Shown here piece by piece: positions 41,740 through 52,792 of a DNA stretch of 64,000 bases; position 1 is the first letter of the stretch; each line of letters starts with the position of its first letter. Under the pieces are notes generated by a model. The model was not told where the DNA came from and did not search any database. It saw only the letters and a list, made by a program, of their open reading frames with translations. The position numbers and the translations under genes were made by a program. The DNA is from Candidatus Latescibacterota bacterium (lineage in GTDB: Bacteria; Latescibacterota; UBA2968), in the NCBI GenBank assembly GCA_965198115.1, contig OZ240241.1, positions 4,576,001 to 4,640,000 on the forward strand. Direction: 5' to 3'.

Positions 41740-42085
41740 TTGGCAGTTCGAGGAGGGACTGGAGGAAACCCTGACCCTCCACCGGCTGGGTATGCTCCCA
41801 TTCCTGAAGCGAAAGCTTCCGTACCACCAATTGCATCGAGGCGCTCAACAGCATGACCGGCAACCTGATACGGAAGGCCAACCGCTGGACCAACTCTCCT
41901 CAGCGACACAGATGGGTCGCGGCCGCACTCCTCGACATCGAACCCCGCCTGAGACGCGTGAGCGGATACAAACACCTTCCGCTACTCAGGCAAGCACTGA
42001 AACACGACCTGAAGCTCGGCAACGATCAAAACGCTCAGCAGAGAGCATGAGCAAACCACGGAGCCCGACGAGTTTCAACTGACAA
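41740..42085 (+). pseudogene. IS256 transposase C-terminal fragment related to 37798-38120
   Basis: EEGLEETLTLHRLG, QRHRWVAAALLDIEPRLRRVSGYKHL. Confidence 0.8.
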
Positions 42086-42089
42086 TGTG

Positions 42090-42748
42090 CCAAACATGCA
42101 GCTCATGTCGCAGCAGGCCCACTCGATCTTGGATCTCTGGTAGGGACTGAGAGCCTCTGTGAAGAACCGATCGATCGTTTTACGCGCCCTGCCGCGGCCA
42201 ACCCACACCACGCAGGAGCGGTCCAGATCGTAAACGAGCGTGGCGTACCTGTGACGCTTGGCGTAGGAGATCTCGTCGATCCCGATGGTTTTGAGCCCTC
42301 GGATACGATGACCTTCACGAAGCCGCGTGATGGATCGGTGAAGGAGATCCGACAGCGTCGAGGCAGAGATGCGCAGCAACTCGGACGCCGCCTTCTGCGT
42401 CATGGTCTGGCAGTAGCGCAGCATGGCATACTCGAAGCGATACGTCACCCGAGAGAACCGCTCCGCCCACGGAATCTCCTCGACCACACGACCGTGGGTA
42501 GGACACCGAATCTCCCGAGGATGGTAGAGAAGCCAGACCCTCCACCCGCACACCGGAATGTCACGCCACCGACGCGGATGGGGCATTGTGCGGACGATTT
42601 TACCTCGACGGCCGCACTCCGGACAACAACAACCATTCTTATGTGGCTTTACGGCGATGACGAAGCAGCTTCTCCCCTCAAACCACCAGCTGACAACACG
42701 GAACCCCTTGAATCTCAGCAGTTTCGATAGTAATCTGCTCCCGGTCAT
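42090..42748 (-). mobile_element. ISL3 family transposase, N-terminal fragment
   Basis: CPECG zinc finger, RRWRDIP, IPWA, IGIDEISYAKRHRYATLVYD, ACCDMS. Confidence 0.85.
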
Positions 42749-42801
42749 AGGTCGCACCCCCTTCGCTTTGATTGTCCTACACACACAACCAAGCGTAGGG
42801 A

Positions 42802-44178
42802 GAGGTCGAGTCAAGAGGTGTGTAAATAGATCAGGCGGCCAGCTTCTTCCCGGAGTCGATTGTGGTCATAGTTTGGTTGTGCTGTGCATAAACAACGTGT
42901 AACAGATGGGGTGCATTGAGTCGCCGGAAGCGTTTCTCGGCGACCATCAGTGTTCGCCAGATGAGAGCGCTTGCCGAGACGACCTTCTTGTAGCGTTTGG
43001 CGGCGTTGGTTCGTAACCGCACGGATGCAAAGGGGCTCTCGACGATGTTGGTCGTTCTCAGGTGGCGCCAGTGTTCTTCTGGGAAATCGAAGAAGGTGAG
43101 CATCCTATCCCAATCCCGTTCGAGTGTTGCCACCGCCTTCGGGAACTCGTTGCGATATCGTGCGACGAACTGCTTGCGCAGCTTCTCCGCATCCTGACGC
43201 GTGCTGGCATAGGGAATCTGGACGAGCAGTGCACGAGCTTGAGGCTGCTGACGTTTGTGGATCTGGTCCGGGACGTTGAGAATCTTGTGGTTCCAGCACC
43301 GCTGCTGACGGGTGTGCGGCCAGACCTGATCGACGGCAGACCAGATGCCCATATTGCCATCGGCCGCCATCAGAATGGGGTGATCCAAGCCGCGATCCCG
43401 TAGGTCTCTAAGGACAGCCAGCCAGGACTCGGTCGACTCGCGATACCCAGGCACCAGGCCCAGAACCTCTTTGCGGCCGTCACTCATGGCGCCGATCACG
43501 ACAAGCAGACACGCCTTATCTTTCTCAAGTCCGGCTTTGACGTAGATCCCATCGGCCCAGGCATACACGAGCTCACGATCGTCCAGGCGTCGTTCCTGCC
43601 AGGTCTGGTAATCAACCTCCCATTGACCGCGGAGGCGAGCAATCGACGAGGGGGAGAGCGGAGCCCCATCACCGAGAAGCCCTCGCAGGGCCAACTCGAA
43701 GTCGCCCTGAGACAGACCGTGGAGATAGAGCTCCGGGAGCAGTTCCCCCACCTCTCTCGTGCGCCGAGCGAACAACGGCAGAATCCTGCTCTCGAAGCGC
43801 TCCTCCAAACCGCGAACACGGGGCCGCTTGATCTGGATCGTGCCGCAAGAGGTCGACAATCGCCGCAGCTTCCCATAGCCGTTGCGATAACCGGATCTTG
43901 CATCTACGGCTTCTTTGCGCTCATACCACCCGCGTCCGAGGAACTGGGTCACTTCCTCCTCAACGATGGACTGAATGCGAACCTCGATTTCCTTACGCAA
44001 CCACCCCTCAAGGGTTTCCCACGTCGGCATGGACAACGAGGGGGACTTCGACTTATGTTTTCCCACGGCGATCCTCCTTCCCACCGGGCCTGTGAACCCG
44101 GTATTTCGTGGATATTGTTATCTCACGGGAAGTGTAGGGTCGCCTTTTCTATTTTTCCACACCTATTGATTGTAGCTC
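42802..44178 (-). mobile_element. IS256 family element related to copies A-D but diverged; full-length transposase ORF 42831-44084; no TSD
   Basis: IRL GAGCTACAATCAATAGGTGTGG, IRR GAGGTCGAGTCAAGAGGTGTG; DDE and CxxH motifs. Confidence 0.92.
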
Positions 44179-44179
44179 T

Positions 44180-45592
44180 ATCTCTCGAATCGGTCTGCAC
44201 TCTTCGCCTTCCAACGGCCGCGGCATCGATGATCGCGGCAACCCGATCGATTCGCTCGTCATCGAAAACTGCAGCTTCTACAACCTGACAGCCGACATTC
44301 TGCGCGACGGCGGTGGCGGTATCATCAACTATGCCGACGTGAATCACAACACGTTCGTCAACATTGGCCAGCACGGCCTGAACTTCGGCGAAGTGATTAC
44401 TGCCCACGTTACGAACAACCTGTTCATGAACGTCGGCTACCTCGGCTCGACTACCGCCAACGAAGAGTTGGATCCCGATGAGGACGGTCGCGTGATCATC
44501 GCCGATTCGCTCGGTATCGACATCACCGCCGACCAGGTTCTGAACGTCCGCAATAACAATTTTTACATCGACCCTACGATCGAAGCGAGCCAACCGGACT
44601 CCGTCCTCAGTGCGACCGAACTGGGCAAGTATAGCCTGCACGCCGCCGTGTTGGTCGAAGCTTCCGGAACAGACGCGACGAACATCTCCGAAGCCATCAC
44701 CTTCGTGAACGGGCCGGCGGATCCGACCAGTCTGATGCTGGCGTATTTCATGGATCCGGCTACCGCTCCAAGTTGGGACAACACTGGAGCACCTTACGAC
44801 TTCCTCTACACGGGGGGTGGATCCGCCACTGCCTCCACGGGAATGCAGCCCCTCGGCGATCTCAGCTGGCATATGCTCGAAATCGTTGACAGCGACCGCA
44901 CGACACCGCTCGTCGACGCGGATGACGGTGCAATTTCGTTGCCAGAGGGAGACGAAGGTCCCGCGGGCGTCGACCTCGACACCGCCAGCGGCAACCAGAG
45001 CAAACACATCACGGATAGCGTTCCCGCCGTGGGCGACCAGGTCACGGTGGACATCTTCGTGACCGAGGGCGCGTCCGGCCAGACCGGCTATCAGGCGACA
45101 TTGACGTGGGACCCGACGGCACTTTCGCTCACGTCGTATGCGTCCACCGACGTTTTCACTGGCGGCCTCAACCTCCCCGTGGAGACTGAGGGATCCTACA
45201 CCGCTGGCGTCGCTATCCTGGGTGGAGCGGCAAGCGCCGATGCAGGAAGCATCGGCCTGGCAACCTTCACGGTGCTCGACGGATTCAGCGAAGCCACCGT
45301 GGTGACGCTCACGGTCGTTTCGCTCGAAACCCTCGGATCGGCTAATGTGCTCGACATCGGCCCCGGCGCCGCCTACGTCGTCATCGGCAGTGTCGGTGAG
45401 ACGCCCGCGGTTGTGAAATCTGCGGACCTCGACGACACACCGGGTGTCGGTTTCGGCGACTTCATCATCTTCGCGGGTGGCTTCAACACGGCTGCCGGCG
45501 ATGAGGGTTTTGACGATCGGCTGGACCTGGATGGGGACGGCACGGTAGGATTCGGTGACTTTCTCCTCTTTGCGGCCGCATTCTCAGCGTAG
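44180..45592 (+). pseudogene. 5'-truncated secreted protein: beta-helix-like repeats, cohesin-like domain, dockerin/EF-hand C-terminus
   Basis: IENCSFYN, HNTFVN, TNNLFMN; VTVDIFV..TGYQATLTWDPTAL; ADLDDTPGVGFGDF..DLDGDGTVGFGDFL; frame open from the IS256 boundary. Confidence 0.72.
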
Positions 45593-45611
45593 ATCGTCTC
45601 GAATCACAAAG

Positions 45612-45648
45612 AAGCCCCCGATCGGTCCGTTCCGGTCGGGGGCTTTTC
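45612..45648 (+). terminator. Rho-independent terminator
   Basis: AAGCCCCCGATCGG...CCGGTCGGGGGCTTTT. Confidence 0.75.
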
Positions 45649-45760
45649 AATTGAACAGTCGTCTGCCAGAATTCAATGCCCGAACGTTAGATTGGGTCAC
45701 CCCTGGAATGAGGGCTCATCTTGCCCACATATCCCTGTTTTTAAAAAGGTTAATCGATTC

Positions 45761-45789
45761 TTGATCGATCGCCTGACCGTCATTATATT
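45761..45789 (+). promoter_or_regulatory. Putative sigma70 promoter of parE-parC
   Basis: TTGATC-17bp-TATATT. Confidence 0.4.
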
Positions 45790-45908
45790 ATAGGTCCCCT
45801 CGGTTGACCCCTCTTCCGAGGCCCATCTCTCCCTCACGCGCCCCCCGCGTGCGTGAATTTCTCCCTATCTTCTACTCATTCGGATTCATCCATCACGTAA
45901 GGTGATCT

Positions 45909-47810
45909 ATGCCCGCCACGGCCAAACCCCGGTCCTCCGGTCAGCTCGACCTCATATCCAAACCCAAGAACGGATCGGCAAACGGAAAGACCCGTAAATC
46001 GAACGGGCGATCCAAACAGTCGGCACCCGGCGTCTACGACGAGAGCAAAGTCAAGACGCTTAGCTCGCTTGAGCACATCCGGCTTCGCACCGGCATGTAC
46101 ATCGGCCGTCTCGGCGACGGCACCGACTTCGACGACGGCATCTACATCCTCCTCAAGGAAGTCGTCGACAACGCCGTCGACGAATTCATCATGGGGCACG
46201 GCAAAAAGATCGACGTCAAAATCGGCGCCGATGGGCGTGTCAGCGTACGCGACTACGGGCGTGGTATTCCCCTCGGTAAAGTCATCGAATGCGTCTCTGT
46301 CATCAACACCGGCGCCAAATACAACGACGACGTCTTCCAGTTCAGCGTCGGCCTCAACGGCGTCGGCACCAAGGCCGTCAACGCCCTCAGCATCGACTTC
46401 AAGGTCATCGCCTATCGTGACGGAAAGTACTCCGAGGCCGTCTTCTCCCAGGGTCAACTCGTCAGCAAGAAGCAGGGCAAAGCTCAGAAGCCGAACGGGA
46501 CGCACGTCGAATTTCTGCCCGACGAAGAGATTTTTGGAGAATTCGAGTTCAACGAGGAGTACGTCGAGCGTCGTATGTGGAACTACGCCTGCCTCAACAG
46601 CGGGCTGACGCTCAACTTCAACAAGAAAAAATTCGTCACCCGAGCGGGCTTGCTCGAGTTCCTCAACCGCGAAGTCGGTGACGACGTCATCTACGTGCCC
46701 TGCTACCACAAGAGCCAATACATCGAGTTCGCCTTCACCCACGCCGCAACCTACGGAGAAACCTACTACAGCTTCGTCAACGGCCAGCATACGGCCGACG
46801 GCGGCACCCACCAGAGCGCGTTCCGCGAGGGTGTGCTCAAGGGCGTCAACGAATTCTTCAAGAAAAACTACGGCGGTGCCGATGTGCGCGAGTCCATCAC
46901 CGGCGCGGTGGCCGTCAAGCTCAAGGAACCAGTTTTCGAATCACAAACGAAGAACAAGCTCGGCAACACTGACGTTCGAGCCTGGATCGTCGCAGAGACA
47001 CGCTCGGCCGTCGTCGACTGGCTTCACAAAAACGGGGCCATCGCCAAAAAGCTCGAAGCAAAGGTCATCCACAACGAAAAGCTTCGGAAGGAACTCAATG
47101 CTGTAAAGAAGGAAGCCAAAGAAGCCGCCAAGAAAATCGCCATCAAGATTCCGCACTTCAAAGACTGCAAGCATCACCTGGGCCACAAAAAGTACGGAGA
47201 GGATTCGACCATCTTCATCACAGAGGGACCGTCAGCGGCGGGATCGATGGTCTCGGCGCGCGACGTCCTCACACAGGCCATCTTCGGACTCAAAGGCGTG
47301 CCCATGAACCTGCACGGCAAGACCCGTGCGGCCATTTACAAGAACGTCGAAATGTTCAATCTCATGTCCGCGCTCGGTATCGAAGACAGCGTCGACAACC
47401 TCCGATTCAACAGAGTCATCATCGCCACCGACGCCGACCACGACGGCTTCCACATTCGTATCCTGCTCCTCACCTTCTTCCTTTCTTTCTTCGAAGAACT
47501 CGTCCAGCGCGGCCACGTCTACATCCTCGAAACTCCGCTCTTCCGGGTCCGGAACAACAAGGAAACTCGTTACTGTTACACGCCGAAGGAGCGAGTCGCC
47601 GCCATTGAAGAGATTCGAAGTCCCGAAGTCACGCGATTCAAAGGACTCGGCGAGATCTCCCCTAAGGAATTCGGCCAGTTCATCGGCGAAGACATGCGCG
47701 CCGTCAAAGTCAACCTGCGCAGCCTCAAAGAAGTACCTGATATGCTCGAATTCTACATGGGACGGAATACCCCGGAGCGAAAAGACTACATCATAGAAAA
47801 CCTCATTTAG
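45909..47810 (+). CDS. parE: Type IIA topoisomerase subunit B (topo IV ParE type)
   Basis: EHIRLRTGMYIG, KEVVDNAVDE, GRGIP, GLNGVG, TEGPSA, ATDADHDG, RFKGLGE. Confidence 0.9.
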   Translation: MPATAKPRSSGQLDLISKPKNGSANGKTRKSNGRSKQSAPGVYDESKVKTLSSLEHIRLRTGMYIGRLGDGTDFDDGIYILLKEVVDNAVDEFIMGHGKKIDVKIGADGRVSVRDYGRGIPLGKVIECVSVINTGAKYNDDVFQFSVGLNGVGTKAVNALSIDFKVIAYRDGKYSEAVFSQGQLVSKKQGKAQKPNGTHVEFLPDEEIFGEFEFNEEYVERRMWNYACLNSGLTLNFNKKKFVTRAGLLEFLNREVGDDVIYVPCYHKSQYIEFAFTHAATYGETYYSFVNGQHTADGGTHQSAFREGVLKGVNEFFKKNYGGADVRESITGAVAVKLKEPVFESQTKNKLGNTDVRAWIVAETRSAVVDWLHKNGAIAKKLEAKVIHNEKLRKELNAVKKEAKEAAKKIAIKIPHFKDCKHHLGHKKYGEDSTIFITEGPSAAGSMVSARDVLTQAIFGLKGVPMNLHGKTRAAIYKNVEMFNLMSALGIEDSVDNLRFNRVIIATDADHDGFHIRILLLTFFLSFFEELVQRGHVYILETPLFRVRNNKETRYCYTPKERVAAIEEIRSPEVTRFKGLGEISPKEFGQFIGEDMRAVKVNLRSLKEVPDMLEFYMGRNTPERKDYIIENLI

Positions 47811-47925
47811 GACTGAACGGGAGATCGGGAGAGGGGCGAGCGGGAGACACGGTTTTTCGCCCGCTCTCCCGCTCGCCCCGTCCCCCGCTCAGCTTTAGGT
47901 CAGGTAACAGGGAGTCAATCAATCG

Positions 47926-49821
47926 ATGCCATACGTAGATAAACTCTACGACCAAAACTATTTGGAATATGCCAGCTACGTCATCAAAGACCGCGCCATC
48001 CCCGATGTCGATGACGGGCTGAAACCGGTCCAACGACGCATCCTGCACTCGCTCGCCGAGGTCGACGACGGCAAGTTCCACAAAGTCGCCAACGTCGTCG
48101 GCAACACGATGAAGTATCACCCCCACGGCGACCAGTCGATCGAAGGCGCCCTCATCGTCCTCGCGCAGAAGGACTATCTCATCGAGAAGCAGGGCAACTT
48201 CGGCAACATCCTCACGGGAGACGAAGCCAGCGCCGCCCGCTACATCGAATGCCGGCTGACCGACCTTGCCCACGACGTCCTCCTCAATAAGGCGATCACC
48301 GAGTACATCGACACCTACGACAGTCGGAACAAAGAACCCGTCGTTTTCCCGGCCAAGGTCCCTCTGCTTCTGATCCTCGGAACCGAGGGCATCGCCGTAG
48401 GCATGTCGACGCGCATCCTGCCGCACAACTTCTGCGAAGTCCTCGAAGCGCAGATCGCCTATCTCAAGCGCAGAAAGTTCAAGCTCTACCCGGATTTCGC
48501 CACAGGCGGCCAGATCGACGTGTCCGAATACAACGACGGAAACGGCAGGGTCCTCGTCCGCGCGGTCCTCGACACGAAAGATCCCAAGCGGATCGTCGTT
48601 CGCGAATTGCCGCACGGCTACACGTCCGAGAGCCTGATCACCTCGATCGAAGATGCCTCGAAAAAGGGCAAGCTCAAAATCAGCTCGATCGCCGACTACA
48701 CGACCGAGGACGCCGAAGTAGACATCCACCTCGCCCGTGGCGTTCAATCGAAAGACACGGTCGACGCCCTGTTCGCATTCACCGGGTGCGAGAACGCCAT
48801 CACGGCCAGCATGCTGGCGATCAAAGACGATCGTCCGCACATCATGAACGTCACCGAGGTCGTCAGACACTGCACCGATCGACTTCTCGACGTCCTTAAA
48901 GCGGAATTGAAGCTCGAGGAACGTGAGCTCAGCGCCAGACACCACGCCAGAACCCTCGAACAGATCTTCATCGAAAACCGGATCTACAAGGAAATCGAAG
49001 AGCAGGAAACCGCGGAGGACGTGAACCAGGCGGTTCTGGATGGATTGAAGCCATTCGCGGGTAAGATCAAGCGCGAAATCACCGACGAGGACATCACAAC
49101 GCTCCTGCGGATTCCCATCCGACGCATCTCTCTCTACGACATCAACAAAGCGCACGAGGAGATGGTTGAAATCCGGAAGCGTCTGCGACAGGTCCGAAAG
49201 CACCTGAAGGCGCTCAAGGACTACGCTGTCAGCTATTTGGAAGGCATTCTCAAGAAATACTGCAAGCAGTTCCCGCGTAAGACCGAAGTCGTCAGCCTCG
49301 AACAGGTCGACGTCCGTGAGGCCGCACAGCGCAACCTGACACTCAAATACGACGCCCGGCGGGGATATCTCGGCTACGACGTCAACGGTGCCGCCCAATT
49401 CGACGTCAGCCCCTACGACCGTGTCCTCGTCATCCGTAAATCAGGCACGTGGTCGGTCCAGGATGCGCCCGACAAAGTCTTCGTCGACAAAGGCATGCTC
49501 TATTGCGGCTTCGTCGATCCCGAACGCATCTACTCGCTCCTTTACGCGGACGAAAAGGGCAACCCTTGCCTCAAGCGGTTCCAGATCGACAAGTTCATCC
49601 TCAACAGAGGCTACGACCTCGTCCCATCCGGCTGCAAACCCATCCGCCTCACGACCGAGCGTGATGTGAGCGTCGTCGTCGACTACAAGCCCAAGCCACG
49701 GGTCCGCGTCATCCAGGAAGAATTTGACGTTGAAGAATTCCTCGTGAAGGGCAACAGGGCCAAGGGCGTCCGTCTCGCCAACCGCGAAGTCCGCAACGGC
49801 AAATTCGCAGCGCAGGAGTAG
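47926..49821 (+). CDS. parC: Type IIA topoisomerase subunit A (topo IV ParC type)
   Basis: YASYVIKDRAIP, DGLKPVQRRIL, KYHPHGD, AARYIE catalytic Tyr; short CTD, no GyrA-box seen. Confidence 0.9.
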   Translation: MPYVDKLYDQNYLEYASYVIKDRAIPDVDDGLKPVQRRILHSLAEVDDGKFHKVANVVGNTMKYHPHGDQSIEGALIVLAQKDYLIEKQGNFGNILTGDEASAARYIECRLTDLAHDVLLNKAITEYIDTYDSRNKEPVVFPAKVPLLLILGTEGIAVGMSTRILPHNFCEVLEAQIAYLKRRKFKLYPDFATGGQIDVSEYNDGNGRVLVRAVLDTKDPKRIVVRELPHGYTSESLITSIEDASKKGKLKISSIADYTTEDAEVDIHLARGVQSKDTVDALFAFTGCENAITASMLAIKDDRPHIMNVTEVVRHCTDRLLDVLKAELKLEERELSARHHARTLEQIFIENRIYKEIEEQETAEDVNQAVLDGLKPFAGKIKREITDEDITTLLRIPIRRISLYDINKAHEEMVEIRKRLRQVRKHLKALKDYAVSYLEGILKKYCKQFPRKTEVVSLEQVDVREAAQRNLTLKYDARRGYLGYDVNGAAQFDVSPYDRVLVIRKSGTWSVQDAPDKVFVDKGMLYCGFVDPERIYSLLYADEKGNPCLKRFQIDKFILNRGYDLVPSGCKPIRLTTERDVSVVVDYKPKPRVRVIQEEFDVEEFLVKGNRAKGVRLANREVRNGKFAAQE

Positions 49822-49845
49822 GGTCACGGCATGCCGTGACCCTAC
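49818..49845. repeat. 28-bp perfect palindrome, GTAG-type REP-like
   Basis: GTAGGGTCACGGCATGCCGTGACCCTAC overlapping the parC stop. Confidence 0.65.
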
Positions 49846-49857
49846 GAGCACACACCC

Positions 49858-49894
49858 AAAGGCGCCGGCCGTTTCGACCGGCGTTTTTGTTTTT
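49858..49894 (+). terminator. Rho-independent terminator after parC
   Basis: CGCCGG...CCGGCG followed by TTTTTGTTTTT. Confidence 0.7.
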
Positions 49895-49991
49895 CCCTCT
49901 TTCCCTCCCTCCGTATACTACCGCTCGCTTCGAGTTCTTCGTGCCTTCACGTCTTAGTGTCTTCGCGTTTCAGATTCCCCTGGAGGTCATC

Positions 49992-50506
49992 GTGCGCGTC
50001 ATCGTCGTCGGTTGCGAATACACGGGCGTCACCACGCTCATCAAGGGCATCTTCGCCTGGGGCTTGGAACGTGGGATCCACCACCATCTGGACGACCACT
50101 TCACCATCCCCGACGCCTACCATCTCTCCGCCGAAGAGCAGCAGGGCATGCTCGACATGCTGCCCGGCATCAAAGAACGATTCCAACGCTTCCAGATCGC
50201 CTACCACGTCCGTCTGATCAACAAATACAAACACATCCTGATGGTGGCTTCTACCTGGAAGAGATGGTTTACGGTCCCCGCTACTACTACCCCGGCAAGA
50301 ACGCCAGAAGAGTGGGCGAACGATCCGTACCCGCCATCGACCATCACGAGTGCGAACCCGACCTCCCAAGGGACGCGATCGTCGCCCACCTCCACGCCCG
50401 ACCGGACGTCATTCGCGCTCGCATGGAATCAGATCCGCATCCGCATCAACTCGTGCCCTCGGAGGACGTCGAAGCAGTGCTCGAAGAATTCGCCCAGGAA
50501 GTTCAG
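49992..50506 (+). pseudogene. P-loop kinase-like hypothetical protein, frameshifted and truncated by IS200
   Basis: MRVIVVGCEYTGVTTL; frame change near 50245; ends at the IS200 hairpin. Confidence 0.55.
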
Positions 50507-52520
50507 TCATGACCTCCGGCAAAGCCGGAGGCTTGAAAACTTGTGAACCGCTCAAAGCGGTTGGAAACCAAGCGCCACCTAAAGGTGGCGATTACCTGAA
50601 AATGTTGAGCTGGTCGAGACGCCGGTCCTCCCGCTCCTGGTTCTGGATATACTCCCGAACCGTCTGTTCATCCTTGCCAACGGTGGAGACCCAGTAGCCT
50701 CTTGCCCAGAAATGCTGCCCGGTGAAGTTCGACCTGCGTCCCAGATAGTTCCGAGCAATGTGAATCGCACTCTTTCCTTTGATGAACCCTACCGTCTGAG
50801 CTACTGAGTGCTTCGGCGGGATCGAAAGAGCTATAATCAAAAGGTGTGGAAAAAGAGAAAGGGCGACCCTACCCTTCCCGTGAGATAGTTGATTCACACA
50901 AAACCGGGTGAGAGGCCCGGTTGGGAAGGAGGATCGCCATGAAGGAACATACGCATAGAGCCCCATTGAAGTCCATGCCGACGTGGGAGACGGTTGACGA
51001 TTGGATCCGTGAAGAGATCCAGGGCCGGTTCCAGTCCATTCTGGAGGAGGAGGCGACCGCGTTCTTGGGCCGGTCGTGGTATGAGCGCCGAGCCGAGGTC
51101 GATAGCTCCAGGGGCTACAGGAACGGCTACGGCAAGCCCCGGCGTCTCTCGACGAGCTGCGGAACGATCAAGGTCCGGCGTCCCCGGGTTCGTGGTCTGG
51201 AAGAGCGGTTTGAAAGCCGCATCCTCCCCCTGTTCGCCCGGAGAACCAGGGCCATTGGAGATCTGCTTCCCGACCTTTATCTCCACGGTCTCTCCCAGGG
51301 CGACTTCGAGTTGTCTTTGCGTGCGCTGCTCGGTGATGGCGCGCCGCTTTCGCCGACCTCGATCGCTCGTCTTCGAGGGAAGTGGGAGGTCGACTTCCAG
51401 GACTGGAAAGAAAGGCGTCTGGATAATCGCGAACTGGTCTACGCCTGGGCTGATGGCATCTACGTCAAAGCCGGGCTCGAGCGCGAGAAGGCGTGTCTGC
51501 TGGTCGTGATCGGCGCGATGAGCGACGGCAGCAAGGAGATCCTGGCGATAGAACCCGGTTATCGAGAGTCTACAGAATCCTGGCTCACGGTGCTCCGGGA
51601 TCTCCGGGATCGCGGGCTCGAACATCCTGTCCTGATCGCCGCGGACGGGAATATGGGCATCTGGGCGGCCGTTGATCAGGTCTGGCCAGAGAGCCGGCAA
51701 CAACGGTGCTGGAACCACAAGATCCTCAACGTGCTCGACAAGGTCGCCAAGCGTGCACAGGCTGAAGCCCGCGCACTGCTCGTCCAGATCCCCTATGCCG
51801 GCACGAAAAAGGAGGCCGAGAAGCTCCGGAAACGCTTTGCCGCACGGTATCGCTCACAGTTCCCTGCCGCCGTGGAGACGCTCGAAAGAGACTGGGATCG
51901 GATGGTCACGTTCTACGACTTCCGAAGGAACACTGGAAACACCTGAGAACCACGAACGTCGTCGAGAGCCCCTTTGCTTCCGTTCGGCTTCGCACAAACG
52001 CCGCCAGGCGATTCAAGAAAGTCAGGAACGCCACGGCTCTCATCTGGCGTACGCTCAAGGTCGCAGAGAGCCGATTCAGGAAACTCACCGCGCCACACTT
52101 GCTACAACAAGTCTACGATCAGAAACACTCAACCGAACCGCAGGTCGAAGCCGGGAAGATGGCCGCCTGATTTCTTTTACACACCTATTGACCTGAGCTC
52201 GATCGAAATCAGCATGTGCACATGGTCGGATCGCAGGTGACCCTCTTCCACACGGCATTCCTTCTGTGCGGCCAGATCCCGAATCACCTCGCCCAGATAG
52301 CGACGAATTTCACCATACAACACTTTTCTACGATACTTCCGAACCCAAACAACGTCATACTTGCACTCCCAAACCGTGTGACGTAGACTCCTTACGTTGT
52401 TCATTAGAGAGCCTTCCTTCCGTGTGCTTTGAGCGGTCCACGGCAAGGGAGGCTCTTACATATTTCTGGAACTGTCAAACTCTGGGAGTCTCCCCGGCAG
52501 AGCCGGGGGCTTACCAAGGT
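50506..52520 (-). mobile_element. tnpA: IS200/IS605 family element whose tnpA is split by IS256 copy D
   Basis: tnpA 52404-50592: SLRHTVWECKY, DHVHMLISI|PPK, GFIKGKS, FWARGY, YIQNQ; end hairpins CCTCCGGC-aaa-GCCGGAGG and CCCCGGC-aga-GCCGGGG. Confidence 0.9.
50828..52200 (+). mobile_element. IS256 family element, copy D (1373 bp; 1-nt deletion frameshift near 51923)
   Basis: Same IRs; 8-bp TSD GATCGAAA. Confidence 0.95.
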
Positions 52521-52792
52521 TTAGTTATGTTCCCTCAAGGGCAAATTCGATATCGACACGTCAGACCTGTCTCCCGAGCAACTCCTGGACGAATACCTCA
52601 GGTTATCGATTCCTCACCTGAACCCTGTGGATGGCAATACCCGCCTGTTGACCTCATAGCAACCAACGCGAAGACACGAAGAGAAGTGGTGGCTGTCATC
52701 TGTCTTCTGTCCTCGATCATCTGGGTTCGCGGTCACTTCGACTGCGCTCAGTGCAGGCTCGACCGCTCCCACCGGTTCTCTCTTCAACAGCT

